Part shown: one piece after another, positions 25,910 to 38,571 of the stretch
Numbering within the stretch: position 1 is the first letter of the stretch
Layout of the letters: every line of letters begins with the position of its first letter
Source: Cetorhinus maximus
Taxonomy: Eukaryota
Direction of reading: 5' to 3'
Assembly: GCF_964194155.1 (NCBI RefSeq)
Contig: NC_135893.1
Span: 94,922,001-94,986,000 of the forward strand
DNA: 64,000 nucleotides
Position numbers and translations under genes: made by a program
The notes under the pieces: generated by a model
The model's database searches: none
What the model was told of the DNA's origin: nothing
The model's input: only the letters and a program-made list of their open reading frames with translations

Positions 25910-28694
25910 TCCTTCTGGGTGGTAGTGGTCATGGGTTTGGAAGATGCTGTCTAAGGAGCCTTGATGAATTCCTGCAGTGTATCTTGCAGATGATGTACAC
26001 TGCTACTACTGTGCGTCAGTGGTGGAGGGGGTAAATGTTTGTGGATGGGGTGCCAATCAAGCAGGCTGCTTAGTCCTTGATGGTTCAAGCTTCCAGTGTT
26101 GTGGGAGCTGCACTCATCCAGGCAAGTGGAGAGTCTTCTAACACAATCCTGACGACTTGTGCCTTGTAGATTGTGGACGGGTTTTGGGGAGTCAGGTGAG
26201 TTACTCGTCACAGGATTCCTAGCCTCTGAGCTGCTCTTGTAGCCACAGTATTTATATGGCTAGTCCAGTTCAGTTTTTTGTCAATGGTTATCCCCAGGGT
26301 GTTGATAGTGGGGGATTCAGCGATGGTAATGCCATTGAACGTCAAGTAGCGATGGTTAGATTCTCTTTTGTTGGAGATGGTCATTGTCTGGTACTTGTGT
26401 GGTGTAAATGTTACTTGCCAATTGTCAGCCCAAGCCTGGATATTGTCCAGGTCTTGCTGCATTTGGACATGGACTGCTTCAGTATCTGAGGAGTCGTGAA
26501 TGGTGCTGAACATTCATCAGCGAAAATTCCCATTTCTCACCTTATGATGGAAGGAAGGTCATTGATGAAGCAGCTGAAGGTTGTTGGGCCGAGGAGAGTT
26601 TTCTCCCTGATTCCCATTGACTCCAGTTTTGCTAGGGCTCCTTGATGCCACACTCAGTCAAATATAGCCTTGATGTCAAAGGCAGTCTGACTCACCTCAG
26701 GAGTTCAGCTCTTTTGTCCACATTTGAGCCAAGGCTGTAATGAGGTAAGGAGCTAAGTGGCCCTGGCAGAACCCAAATTGGGCATCAGTGAGCAGATTAT
26801 TGCTAAGCAAGTGCTGCTTGATAGCACTGTTGATGACCCCTTCCATTACTTTACTGATGATCAACAGTAGACTGATAGGGCGGTAATTGGCCGGGTTGGA
26901 TTTGTCCTGCTTTGTGTGTGGACATACCTGGGCAATTTTCCACATAGCCAGGAAGATGTACTGTAGCGTTGTAGATGTACTGAAACAGCTTGGCTAGGGG
27001 CACAGAAGTTCTGGAGCACAAGTCTTCAGTACTATTGCAGGAATATTGTCAAGGCCCATAACCTTTGCACTATTAACTCCACTATTAGGTGGAGAGAATT
27101 GAATTGGTTGAAAACTGGCATCTGTGATGCTCGGAACCTAGGAGAAGGCCAAGATGGATCATCCACTTGGCACTTCTGGCTGAAGATTGTAGTAAATGCT
27201 TCTACCTTATCTTTTGCACTGATGTGCTGGGCTCCCCCATCATTGAGGATGGGGACATTTGTGGAGCCTCCTCCTCCAGTGAGTTGTTTAATTGTCCACC
27301 ACCATTTACGACTGGATGTGGCAGGACTGCACAGCTTTGATCTGATCTGTTGGTTGTGGAATCACTTAGCTCTGTCTATCACTTGCTGCTTACGCTGTCT
27401 GGCACACAAGTAGTCCTGTGTTATAGCTTTACCGAGTTAACGCTTCATTTTTAGGTGTGCCTGGTGCATGCCCTCCTGCACTCTTCATTGAACCAGGGTT
27501 GATCCCCTGGCTTGATGGTAATGGTAGAGTGGGAGATAATCTCACTGAGGTTACAGGTTGTTTTCGAGCGCAATTCTGCTGATGGCCCACAGCACTTCAT
27601 GGATGCCCAGTCGAGTTGATAGATCTGTTCGAAATCTATCCCAGTTAGTACGGTGATAGTGCCACACAACACGATGGAGGGTATCCTCAATGTGAAGATG
27701 GGACTTTGAGTCCACAGCAACAACACGGTGGTCACTCCTACCAATACTATAAAGGACAGATGCATCTGCGGCAGACAGGTTGGTAAGGATGAGGTCAAGT
27801 ATGTTCTTCCCTCTTGTTGGTTCCCTCACCACCTGCAAACCCCAGTCTAGCAGCTATGTCCCATAGGACGGCCAGTCGTGGTGCTACCGAGCCATTCTTG
27901 GTAATGGACATTGAAGTCCCCCAGAGTATATTCTGCGCCCTTGCCACCCTCAGTGCTTCCTCCAAGTGGTGTTCAACATGGAGGAGCACTAATTCATCAG
28001 CTGAGGGATGGTGGTATGTGGTAATCAGGAGGTTTCCTTGCCCATGTTTGACCTGATACCATGAGGCTTCATGGGGTCCGGAGTCAATGTTGAGGACTCC
28101 CAGGGCAACTCCCACCTGACTATACCACTGTGCTGCCACCTCTGCTCGGCCTATACTGCCGGTGGGACAGGGCATACCCAGGGATGGTGATGATGTTGTC
28201 TGGGGCATTATCTGTAAGATATGATTCTGTGAGGGTGACTATGGTCAGGCTGCTGCTTGACGATTCTGAGAGACAGCTCTCCCAATTTTGGCACTATGTT
28301 AGTCAGATGTTAGTAAGGATCATTTTACAGGGTCGACAGGACTGAGTTTGCCAGTGTCATTTCCGGCACCTATGTTGATGCTAGGTGGCCCGTCTGGTTT
28401 CATTCCTTTTTTCAGATTTTGTAGCGGATTGATACAACCGGGTGGCTTGCTAGGCCACTTCAGTGGGTCTGGAGTCACATGTAGACAAGGTAAGGACAGC
28501 AGATTTCCTTCCCTAAAGGGCATTAATGAACCAGCTGGATTTTTACAACAATCGACAATGGTTTCATGGTCATCATTAGACTTTTAATTCCAGATTTTTA
28601 TTGAATTCAAATTCCACCATCTGCCGTGGTGGGCTTTGAACCTGGGTCCCCTGGGTCTCTGGATTATCAGTCCAGCGACAATACCACAATGTCA
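25910..28694 (-). mobile_element. CR1-group LINE (APE plus RT) with tRNA-derived 5' head, copy A
   Basis: Decayed ORF2: QVVREPTRGKNILDLILTN (EN), WKIAQVCP..KQDKSNPANYRPISLL..QFGF and MQQDLDNIQAWADNWQVTF (RT); 5' end has A and B boxes at 28684-28694 and 28632-28642. Confidence 0.85.
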
Positions 28695-30250
28695 CACTCG
28701 ATCAAATGCTGCCTTGATGTCAAAAGCAGTCACTCTCGCCTCACCTCTGGAGTTCAGCTCTTTTGTCCATGTTTGAACTAAGGCTGTAATGAGGTCAGGA
28801 ACTGAGTGGCCCTGGCAAAACCCAAATTGACCATCAGTGAGCAAGTTATTGCTAAGCAAGTGCCACTTGATAGCACTGTTGATGAACCCTTCCATCACTT
28901 CACTAATGATTGAGAGCAGACTGATGGGGTGGTAATTGGCCGGGTTAGATTAGCCCTGCTGTGAGTGTACAGGACATACCTGAGCAATTTTCCACATTGC
29001 TGGTTAAATGCCAGTGTTGTAGCTGTATTCGAACAGCTTGGCTCTGGGTGCAGCAAGTTCTGGAGCACAAGTCTTCAGTGCTATTACTGGAATATTGTCA
29101 GGGCCCATAGTCTTTTGTAGTATCCAGTGCCTTCAGCTGTTTCTTGATATCACGTAGAATGAATCAAATTGACTGAAGACTGGCAGCTGTGATGCTGGGG
29201 ATCCCTGGAGGAGGCTGAGATAGATTATCCACTTCAGCACTTCAGGCTGATTCTTGTTACAAATGCTTCCGCCTCATCTTCTGCACCGATGTGCTGTGCT
29301 CCTCCATCATTAAGGATGGGGATATTTTTGGAGCCTCCTCCTCCAGTGAGTTGTTTAATTGTCCAGCACCATTCATGACTGGATGTGGCTGGGACGCAGA
29401 GCTTAGATCTGATCCATCGGTTGTAGGATCGCTTAGCTCTGTCTATTACTTGCTGCTTATGCTATTTGGTATGCAATTGGTCCTGTGTTGTAGCTTCACC
29501 AGGTTGATACCTCATTTTTAGGTATGCCTGGTGCTGCTCCTGGCATGCCCTCCTGCACTCTTCATTGAACCAGGGTTGATTCCCTCGCTTGGTGGTCATG
29601 GTAGAGTGGGGGATATGCCAGGCCATGAGGTCACAGATTGTGTTCGAGTATAATTTTGCTGCTGCTGGATGGCCCACAGCAGCCTCATGGTTGCCCAGTC
29701 TCGAGTTACTTGATCTGTTCGAAATCTATCCCACTTAGCATGGTGGCAGTGCCACACAGGATGCTGGAGGGTATCCTTAGCGTGAAGATGGGGCTTCATC
29801 TCCACAAGGACTGTAGTGAGTGACTGCGGTCACTCCTACCGATACTGTCATGGGCACATGCATCTGCAGCAGGCAGGTTGGTGAAAATACGATCAAGAAC
29901 GTTTTTCCCTTGTTAATTCCCTCACCACCTGCTGCAGGCCCAGTCTAGCAGTTATGTTCTTTAGGACTCGGGCAGTTCGGTCTGTAGGTGTGCTACCGAG
30001 CCACTCTTCATGGTGGGCATTGAAGACCCCAGCCCAGAGTGCATTCTGCACCCTTTCCACCTTCAGCACTTCCTCCATGTGGTACTCAACATGGAGGAGT
30101 ACCGATTCATTAGCTGAGGGGGTGGGGGGGGGGGGAGAATACACGTGGTAATCAGCAGGCAGTTTGACCTGGTGCCATGAGATCTGGTAGGGTCCAGAGT
30201 CAATGTTGAGGACTCCCAGGGCAGCTCCCTCCCAACCGTATACATCTTTC
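28695..30250 (-). mobile_element. Second partial copy of the same CR1-group LINE
   Basis: TAFDIKAAFDRV, NQPWFNEECRRACQ and ANESVLLHVEYH, collinear with copy A. Confidence 0.8.
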
Positions 30251-30609
30251 ACCAGTGCTGCCTACGTAAGATCCTGGGCATCACATGAAGAGACAGCATC
30301 ACCAACGAAGAAGGTTTACAGAGGGCTTGTCAGAGGTGCCCACAGGGCATTGCAACAGAGGGGCGACTGAGGTTTGCAGAACACTTATTTTGCCTCCCTG
30401 ACGTACAGAGTGGCAGTAGAGTGGACACCACCAGCTGGAAAAAGATGGGGGCCAACCAAAGAAGAGCTGAAGTACATTTAAGGAGGACCTTCAAGGGCAG
30501 GACACCGCCTGGACAGGAGTGAATGAGATTGCAATGAAATGGGGCCGGTGGCAGAGTCTTGCTGCCCCTAGTTCCTCCAGTCCCACATGGGACAGTCTAA
30601 ATGAGTAAG
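30250..30609 (+). mobile_element. RTE LINE 3' end
   Basis: RLRFAEHLF..TFKEDL..RWQSLAA C-terminal motifs and a (AAGT)-like short tail. Confidence 0.6.
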
Positions 30610-31060
30610 TAGTACTGGTTTGACTGAAGTTGAGAGTGGAAATAAAGTTGACTTGAGGTGCCTAAACCCGATCTCAATCCCAAGCGCAGAATTTTTGAGA
30701 TGCAGATCAATAGCCATAGTTAAATGGTGCTGCAGTACAAGGTCCAACAGAAGGGTATCAGGGAGCCAAGCTACTTTCAACGCCAGGTAGAACAGCATCA
30801 CTTACAATGGAAGAGTGAAAAAACAGCAGTTAAGAGTGAGGAAAATCAACAAAGAAATTCTTAAATATCACCCCCAGTTAGTTGAATTATGATGCCAAAC
30901 AAAAATGGAATTGATTTACAAAATGAAAGATGCCAATGATGCTATGTTAAATTTTACATGAATTGCAGGGCCATTTCAGGATTAACAAGATCAACTCAAT
31001 TGTCTTTGCAATGTCCATTGCTGACATTAGAGGGCAATCTCGACAAAAGCTGGAACCGAG

Positions 31061-31210
31061 AATAAAACCAGAAAATGCTGGAAATACTCAGCAGGTCTAG
31101 CAGGCTCTGTAGAAGGAAGGAGAGTTAATATTTTTTGAGTCAAATATGACTCTTCTTCAGACTTCTGTTTTTATTTCAGATTTCCAACCCCACATTATTT
31201 TGTTTTTATT
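31061..31210 (-). mobile_element. Penelope pLTR remnant with decayed hammerhead motif and short inverted tail
   Basis: Minus strand CTGAAGA-A-GAGTC-ATATTT-GACTC-AAAA..TTAACTC, followed by the pLTR body. Confidence 0.6.
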
Positions 31211-32706
31211 CCAAAACGGAGGCTATTCAACATCGCTCACGAGGACTCTTGCAGCATCATATTAAACAAAAATGCCTGCTATCTAAATCAAATCCAAATC
31301 TCATTTTTTATTAAGAAGCTCCTTTTACTTTACGTCACTCCATTTCATGCATTTCAGATTGCGCTGCATGAAATGGGACAAAGCAAGACTTTACGGAAAA
31401 AGCTGAGGAACAGGGATATTTCGGAACTGAAAAAATAAATTTAAGCCCGAGGGGCGGGGGCTGCTTCATTAGCAAATATTTTTCACCTTCAAATCAGCCT
31501 CAGCTCTGTATATTTTATTTTTTCAAAAAAAGAAATTAGGCCCAAAGACCCACAAGTATTTTCGTGCATCCGAGGTCCTATCAGGACAGGCAGAGGTGGC
31601 CGTAGGGCAGAGCAGAAATTCGCAGGTTCCCTGTCCCTCATCCAGTCAGAAATTCCGGCCTATACGGGGGGCAGCTGCACAACATACCTATCCACAAATA
31701 GATGAGCACGTGCAGGAATGATGTAATTTGATGAGACGCCCACATTACTGTCTTCAGTAACACTGCCTGCAAAGTCATGTCCCTGACATCAGCGCCGTTT
31801 GACTTTTAAAAGATGGCAGAATCTTTACCACAACCGACTGCAGAGGATGGAAACAGCCTCTCGGGAAACAAAAGCGCCAATTGTTTTCCTTTTTTTTTGG
31901 CTGAGTGTCATCATGCCACCAGCTAAATCCAACCACGATTCCTCCTCTCCCCACCTGAGACAGGTGCCCTAGCTGCACTTAAAGTGACAGGTGCCTATCC
32001 TACCTATACAGATAAACCAACTTCAGAATTTGGGGTGAATCAAGCATACAATGAGTGGACATAAGGAGGTTCTGCCGTGCCTCATCTCTGACAGCAAAAT
32101 GGCCTCCTGTGAAACCTCGTGCCCAAATTAACAGAAGGCATCTAACGCTGGTGTCACAACCAAATCCTGGAAACTAATTTGAGCCTTGGACAACAAATAT
32201 ACTTTAACTGGAACGAAAACGGATTTTGCGTTTTAAGGGAAAAATTCTCGAGCGCTGCTCCATTGCTGCATTTTGTTCCTGCTGAAATGGTCAACAGGGA
32301 GGTAAAAGGCCATAGTTGCATAATTTATTCAGAATTACGCGCCAGCCTTCTGAATAAACATTTGGCATTTGTCTGTCACTCAAAAGCTCAAGCTGAAACC
32401 AGGACTGAAAGTATGGAACCCAATTGTCAAAGCTTCATGACAAATACCAAGTCTGTCATCGAGGATTCTAGCTCAAACACGTTTTTATAAATTTTCCACA
32501 ATTTTGATGCGCTTGCTTGGGATATAAGCTGTACATTTTGCCAGGATGGAATTCAGAGCTCCATGATTTAAACATCCAAGTAACCAATAACAGAAGCAAT
32601 TAATGTACACAACATTCAACTACCTGGACCAGCATTTATTGGCCTGAGGCAGGCAAAACAAGCTTTAAAAAAAACTCAAGAAGCTGAAATCCCTCATTGA
32701 ACTCAC

Positions 32707-32861
32707 CTGAGGTGTTGTAACCAACAGAGCTCCATCAGGTTCATATCGACGAAGGGACTCCACCACCGAGATGTGTTCATCCGAGGTCCCAGGTGGAGTG
32801 TCTACAATGAGATAGTCGAGCTCTCCCCAGGCCACATCGGAAATGAACTGCTTGATAAGAG
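32707..32861 (-). CDS. NUBP2: NUBP2 exon 4
   Basis: TAG|(A)[51 protein letters not shown]|GTGAGT, 155 nt. Confidence 0.95.
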
Positions 32862-34277
32862 CTAAGTGGAGAGGGGAGAAACGATTTTAAAAGCCTAAAG
32901 CAAACACAAGAAAATGTAGTTATTTTATAAATTCAGAAAAGAATTAATGTCTCTCAGTTCGATTTGAGTGCTAAGTTTAAAAAGATAATTTCAGTACTCT
33001 ACCACCTTTACCACAAGATTGCAAGTCAAAATCCCAGGATTACAGGTCACTCAACTGCACCTACTTCAATATCTCTCCATCAATCTCCCACCAACTGCAT
33101 ACAAACATTCGAGACCAAGCGCAGTCTGCAGGTGAAATAGGGTTAGAGGGTCGGGTGGCTTTCTTGCCTCTCCTAGGAGATTGCATGGCTGCTAGTGGGA
33201 TCAGGTGCTCCAAACATCATGAGTATGGGACAGTCTTGATGGACTACTTGATCCTTTCCTGTCAGTCATTGACAAGGGTGCACAGACATAACTCCTCCTC
33301 GTTTTAGTCAAATTGTATATTTAACATTTAAGCGCCATTATCTTTATATTTCCATGTCCACATTTATTATGGAAACAAAATCACAGAAACTGCTCATGTA
33401 GCCTTGTGTTAAACTGCAATCACATCCTCATGCCTGTGGATGAAGTTAGCAGGCAGTACACACAAACATGAAGACCTTGAAATTTCATGGGGGCTCCACT
33501 GGGAACTCAAGACAACGTAAGTGGCTGCATTCATCCAATGCGCCATTTCACTGGGTGCTACGCCGGTCTCCCATTTGAGTTACACTGGGGAGATGGATAG
33601 GACACTTGTGGAATTTCACTGCCTGGATCAAATATTCTCCAGTGTTGCTCATAAGAAGTTGGAGGATATGGCATTTCAGTAACAGCAGTAGTGCACCACG
33701 TAACACAATGTACCTTTCCGCTGCCTAGTTGCAGTTGTGTTAAACTGGATCTAAACCTTTAAAGATAAAGTCTAATTTCTGTCTACACAAAACATAAAGT
33801 TAATTAGGGGTTGATTGATGTTCAAATTTTGCAGATTGGCAAGTACTTGTAAATGTTTGGCTGCAGGTCAGAAAAAATTTGTCAAATGACTGCCTTTGTT
33901 TTTTATTTTTATAAAAATTCCTAAGTACAGTGTTTGAAGTGCAACATTCCTAACACGCATGTTTATGACTAATTATGCTCATATAGAAATATCAGTCTCA
34001 AGTAGAGCTTTCAATTTCAGGGAAGCACCTATACCAGGTAACTCAGGTCACTTGCATGAATGTTATTACAATCATTTCGTATTTAACACTACATAACAGG
34101 GCAAAAGAATCAATTCCTCATCAAAATTAATTGCCTGCTGTAACCTAAGCACTGTTTGAAAGAGTCACCAACACACTGAAGGAAGGCTCCAAACAGTAAA
34201 AAAATTACTTGTAATTAACTGCGGATGAACCACAACACAAGCTTCTTTTGCTCCGTGCTAAAGTAATATGACCTCAC

Positions 34278-34476
34278 CTGTTTTCTTTGGCCCTCTCCAT
34301 ATCACAGCATCATCTGGAGTCTCCAAGAGAAAGCCTATTGACATCAAGCACATTGTTTTATCTTTGTCTACATAAACTGGTACCCAACCAGCATCGCATT
34401 GATGTACAGCGCTATTCAGAACATTCAGCATCCGAGGGATGCTGGGGCCACACAAATCAATGTCCAGAATTCCAAC
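34278..34476 (-). CDS. NUBP2: NUBP2 exon 3
   Basis: TAG|[17 protein letters not shown]...[23 protein letters not shown]|GTGAG, 199 nt. Confidence 0.95.
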
Positions 34477-36344
34477 CTAAAATAAAACAATTCAGCAATA
34501 AATTAAACAAGCAACTGAAAGGGCTTGAAAGCAGAGATTGCCTAGAATGATAGCAAAACTAGAGGTTATAATAATGAATAACTGTAATTTCTTTTAGGAA
34601 GAGGTTAAATTAGTTGGGGGGTGGGGGTGGAGGATGATCAAAAGGAGGTTTACAAAATTATGCAAGGATTTCAAAGAGCACAGTGAAAAACTGTTACCAA
34701 CATAAACCAGACTCAAAATAGCAAAAATAGAGGGAAGCTGGAATATTTCACAGCGTCATCGGAACATGGAATGTTTTACCGCAAATGGTTCGAGACATAA
34801 AAACTAAATTAAAAAGTAAATTGGATAAGCACTTGGTAAGACCGCAAAAGGATTTGAACATTTGAAATATTTTCTTTTTAAATGTATCTATTCCACAAGT
34901 GTTTTAAAGCATTCAATATTTTTCTTAGTTACATACCACTTTCTTTTCCCTCTGATGAGATTTGGAACAAATTTAAGAAAATTTTAGACTGCTTCGGCCA
35001 GCAGACTAGAAACAATCTGCGACAGTGATCAGGAAGTTTTTCTTGCTGGCAAACTATCCAGTTGCACTGTGAAATTCTGGAACAAAGGATTGCCTTATAT
35101 GCTGTAATTCTCCACAATGAGTTCCTTGTGACAAATAGATTGACCATGAGGTATTGAGCAGTCGTGCATATGCCCTTACTGATTGTTCAGAAGCGGCACC
35201 AACAAAGTTTTGGGAAGTCGTTGCTTGGCCTACTGGTGGGAACACTGTATGGATCAGCGGAACAAAGTTCAGGAGAAAACACTTTCACAAATTAAGCCAA
35301 GGGGGTAACGTATGCATTAATTGTAAATTAATTGCAAGTTGGGGTAGAGTTTCAGCTAGGTTACACTGGGTCATTCAAAAATTGGCCAAAACGTAAGACA
35401 AGATACAGGGTTTTCAAGCGCAAATTGAGGTTGAGGTCTTTTGAGCTGGTTTAAAAATGGACGCTGGGCCTGCCCACAAAACAGGCACCCAACCGGGGGT
35501 GGGGGGAGAAAATCAAATGGATGTTTTCAAAATTATGCAAGGATTGAGCTAATCACCATGTTGCGTTTCCACTACGCGTGCCTACGTGTAGCCCTTTGAG
35601 GATGCTCTTAAAATTGATTTGCTTTTTCTTTTAGGCGCAAGGACAATGATAGGCACCTTTTAAAAGCTTTTTAAAATATTAAAACTGACTGCTTTACACC
35701 AACGAAACTAGTATATGGTATTTTATTTTTAAAAGTTGTCTTCAGTTATTTAAGATCAGGTGGTGGACGAGACACTTATTAAGCATGCTTACTTTATGTG
35801 ATGAAACATATTTTCAGCTGTATTAATAAAACTGCTCCAGGTTGTTACTCTTAAATATATCAAGCATTATTTTTCAATGTAAGAAAACAAAAATAATGTA
35901 ATTATGCTCTAAAACACTGCCCATTTTATGTTCGGTGATTTGCAAATAAGCAGAGATTTCAGCAAAAAAAATTCAATTTAGGAAACCAGTGTGATTCTGA
36001 GCGCATTTTGCACCCAAAACAGAAAGGTCAGGAAAAGTAAACTTGAGTTCTTGCTCTGGTGCAGAGTCAGCAGCTGCATGGGCATAAAGGGAAGAAATAG
36101 ATTCCTTATGTCTTCAAACTTCTAGATTTGTGTTTGTTTCTTTTGCCACCATCAGCATGTTTTGCATAGTTTTTTTCTTTTCTGCTGCCATGTTGTGCCT
36201 TAATGGACTCATCAATGAGGTAGCATCCTGTGACAGAAAAGGTACTCATTTTTTAAAGCAATATCCTTTCACACAAAGTTTCAATCGTTTTTGTTGAGCA
36301 TCAGTAGCATATTCCCCACCTTTTCTACATTTATTTCATCTTAC

Positions 36345-36457
36345 CCTTTTCCCTGCATTTCTCAGTGCAAGCGCTAACTCTGTTGTTATGGTACTTTTCC
36401 CAACTCCTCCTTTGCCAGAAAGAACTAGCAGGATGTGGTCAACAGCAGCTAGGTTAT
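36345..36457 (-). CDS. NUBP2: NUBP2 exon 2 (deviant Walker A)
   Basis: AAG|(D)[37 protein letters not shown]|GTAAG, 113 nt. Confidence 0.93.
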
Positions 36458-37169
36458 CTTGGTTTAAAAAAGAGAGGTACATTATTAAAATTATGCACAT
36501 TTCAGCAACTTAAATAGATCAAGACACAGCCTAATTTACAGGGCAAATAAATGTAGGTTAATTCCAGTGGTTTCAAAACTTTCAGGTCCTTACTTATTTG
36601 TCAATTGCAATACTACTGGGTTTCTGTTGTCCCCTGAATAAGTGCTACATTCAACCAAGAGATCACCCTCCCCTGGCAGGGAATGTGCACTTGTCACTTT
36701 ACTCCATATGTCCTAAGGATTTCATACAAATATTTGAGCCTAATGTCTTTCTTCACACTGTTTGTTTTTAAATAGCCCTACAGAGGACTTAAAAAGACAA
36801 GTGAGGAGGCTGTTGGTGTAGAAATAACACCATTCAACAAGTTCATATAGTTTCCTTTCCATTTTATTGAGATGTTTAATTTTTCCACTTTACTCCCTAA
36901 TCTCCTGAAGATGGTAATCCATACTGCGCATTGGCAAACTCGTCGTTCAAGTGGAAATTCTCATAAGCTACAGGACACATAGTGCTATTTGACTTTTGGT
37001 GGTATTATAGCCAAATTTGATATTCATGTTCAGGTGCTTCCACCAGGAGGTCTCAGATAGCTGGCACCTTGACTGACTTCAGCTCAATGGTCACAGGAAC
37101 TAACTGCAGCACTCTGCCCTCTATACAGATCAGCACTAAACCTGGAACCTTCCTGCACCTTAAACACAC

Positions 37170-37290
37170 AGGTCATTGACCTGAAACGTTAACTTTGTTT
37201 CTCTCCACAGATGCTGCCTGACCTGCTGAGTGTTTCCAGCATTTTCTGTTCTCATTTCAGGTTTCCAACATCCACAGTATTTTGCTTTTG
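37170..37290 (+). mobile_element. Penelope pLTR fragment, truncated within the hammerhead
   Basis: GGTC-ATT-GACC-T-GAAACGTT-AACT followed by GATGCTGCCTGACCTGCTGAG. Confidence 0.65.
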
Positions 37291-37726
37291 TAAACATTCA
37301 GGGGTGCCCATTTGTTTGAACTTAAACTACTAAAATAGTGTGCATTTAACAGCAGTCGTATTTGTGTTCAGCTGAAAATTTTCAGGTGCAGAACATTTGC
37401 AGCATCCGGCATCTCTTATTAGGATCACTTCAATAACATAAAAGATGTTTTTCATTATATAGTCTGAGCCAAGTTCAAAGCAAGATGTAGTAAATTGCTG
37501 CACATTTAAGCAGCTTTGCCTTCATATGTTTGGCAAATGTTTCGCCATTTCATAACCAGCAATACAATTAGTTAAAACTGCAATTATTATTTTCAATGCA
37601 GTGCTTCCACATAGTATCACAGCCAAAATATATTTTGATTTTCTCCCTTCCCAAATAGGATTAAACACTATTTTCTTTTGACAAAAAATAGCCTTTGAAT
37701 TGTAAAAAAAATATTCATTTACAATT

Positions 37727-37985
37727 CCTTAGTTAATATCACCACCGTCAACACCCCTTTGTCCTTTTGTCTATGACATCTTTGGCAATCTCTTCTTTGC
37801 CTCCACCTATCACTGGCTCTCTATCCAGCTCTACCTGGCCCACCCCTCAATCAGCTCATATTTCGCCTCATTTCTATATTTCCTTAGTTCTGATGAAGAG
37901 TCATACGGACTCAAAACATTAACTGTGTTCCTCTCCACATATGTTGTCAGACCTGCTGAGTTTTTCCAGCTATTTTTGTTTTTGT
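37727..37985 (+). mobile_element. Penelope 3' UTR plus pLTR with hammerhead motif
   Basis: 13-bp TSD TTCATTTACAATT (37714-37726 and 37986-37998); AGTT-CTGATGA-A-GAGTC-ATACG-GACTC-AAAACATT-AACT at 37886-37924. Confidence 0.8.
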
Positions 37986-38571
37986 TTCATTTACAATTAT
38001 CCTTTTTCACCCCCCAAAAAAAATCCACTCTTCTCCTGAAGGTGGCAATACTTGACTGGGTACATTGCATAGTCGCTTGTCCGGTACTTTGGTTAAATAG
38101 TAATTTTTCAACACACAGACCAGTCAGCATCAACAGGCTTTTCAACTCTCTCCTGTCCTGATCCAATAACCACGTAGGCCTAATTTTAGCAAGTGTGACT
38201 AGATAGAAATCAGAGGCAGGGAGCTAGCCAATTTATCCTTTCCTAACTCAGCAGTATCAAAGATAACGGAAGTGCCCACACCTACCTGTACCAGTAGGGG
38301 GCAACGTGAGTCAGTGCTGGAATCAAGGGCTTTGCTTGACAGAAACAGGGATAGAAACTGGAAACGCTACGAATTATACATGTCTGTCAGTATCTTTGAA
38401 AGGCAAGCTACTTGTCAGATGTACACCCTCCCTCAGACCTTTAAAACTAAATGATAAGCAAGCCCCTTATCAGAGGAGAAAGAGAAGGGAGAGAAAGGGA
38501 ACAAGACAACAAATACATTAATCCCAAGAGGAATTTAACAGGTTGAATAACCTGGAAATTTAATAGATTAG

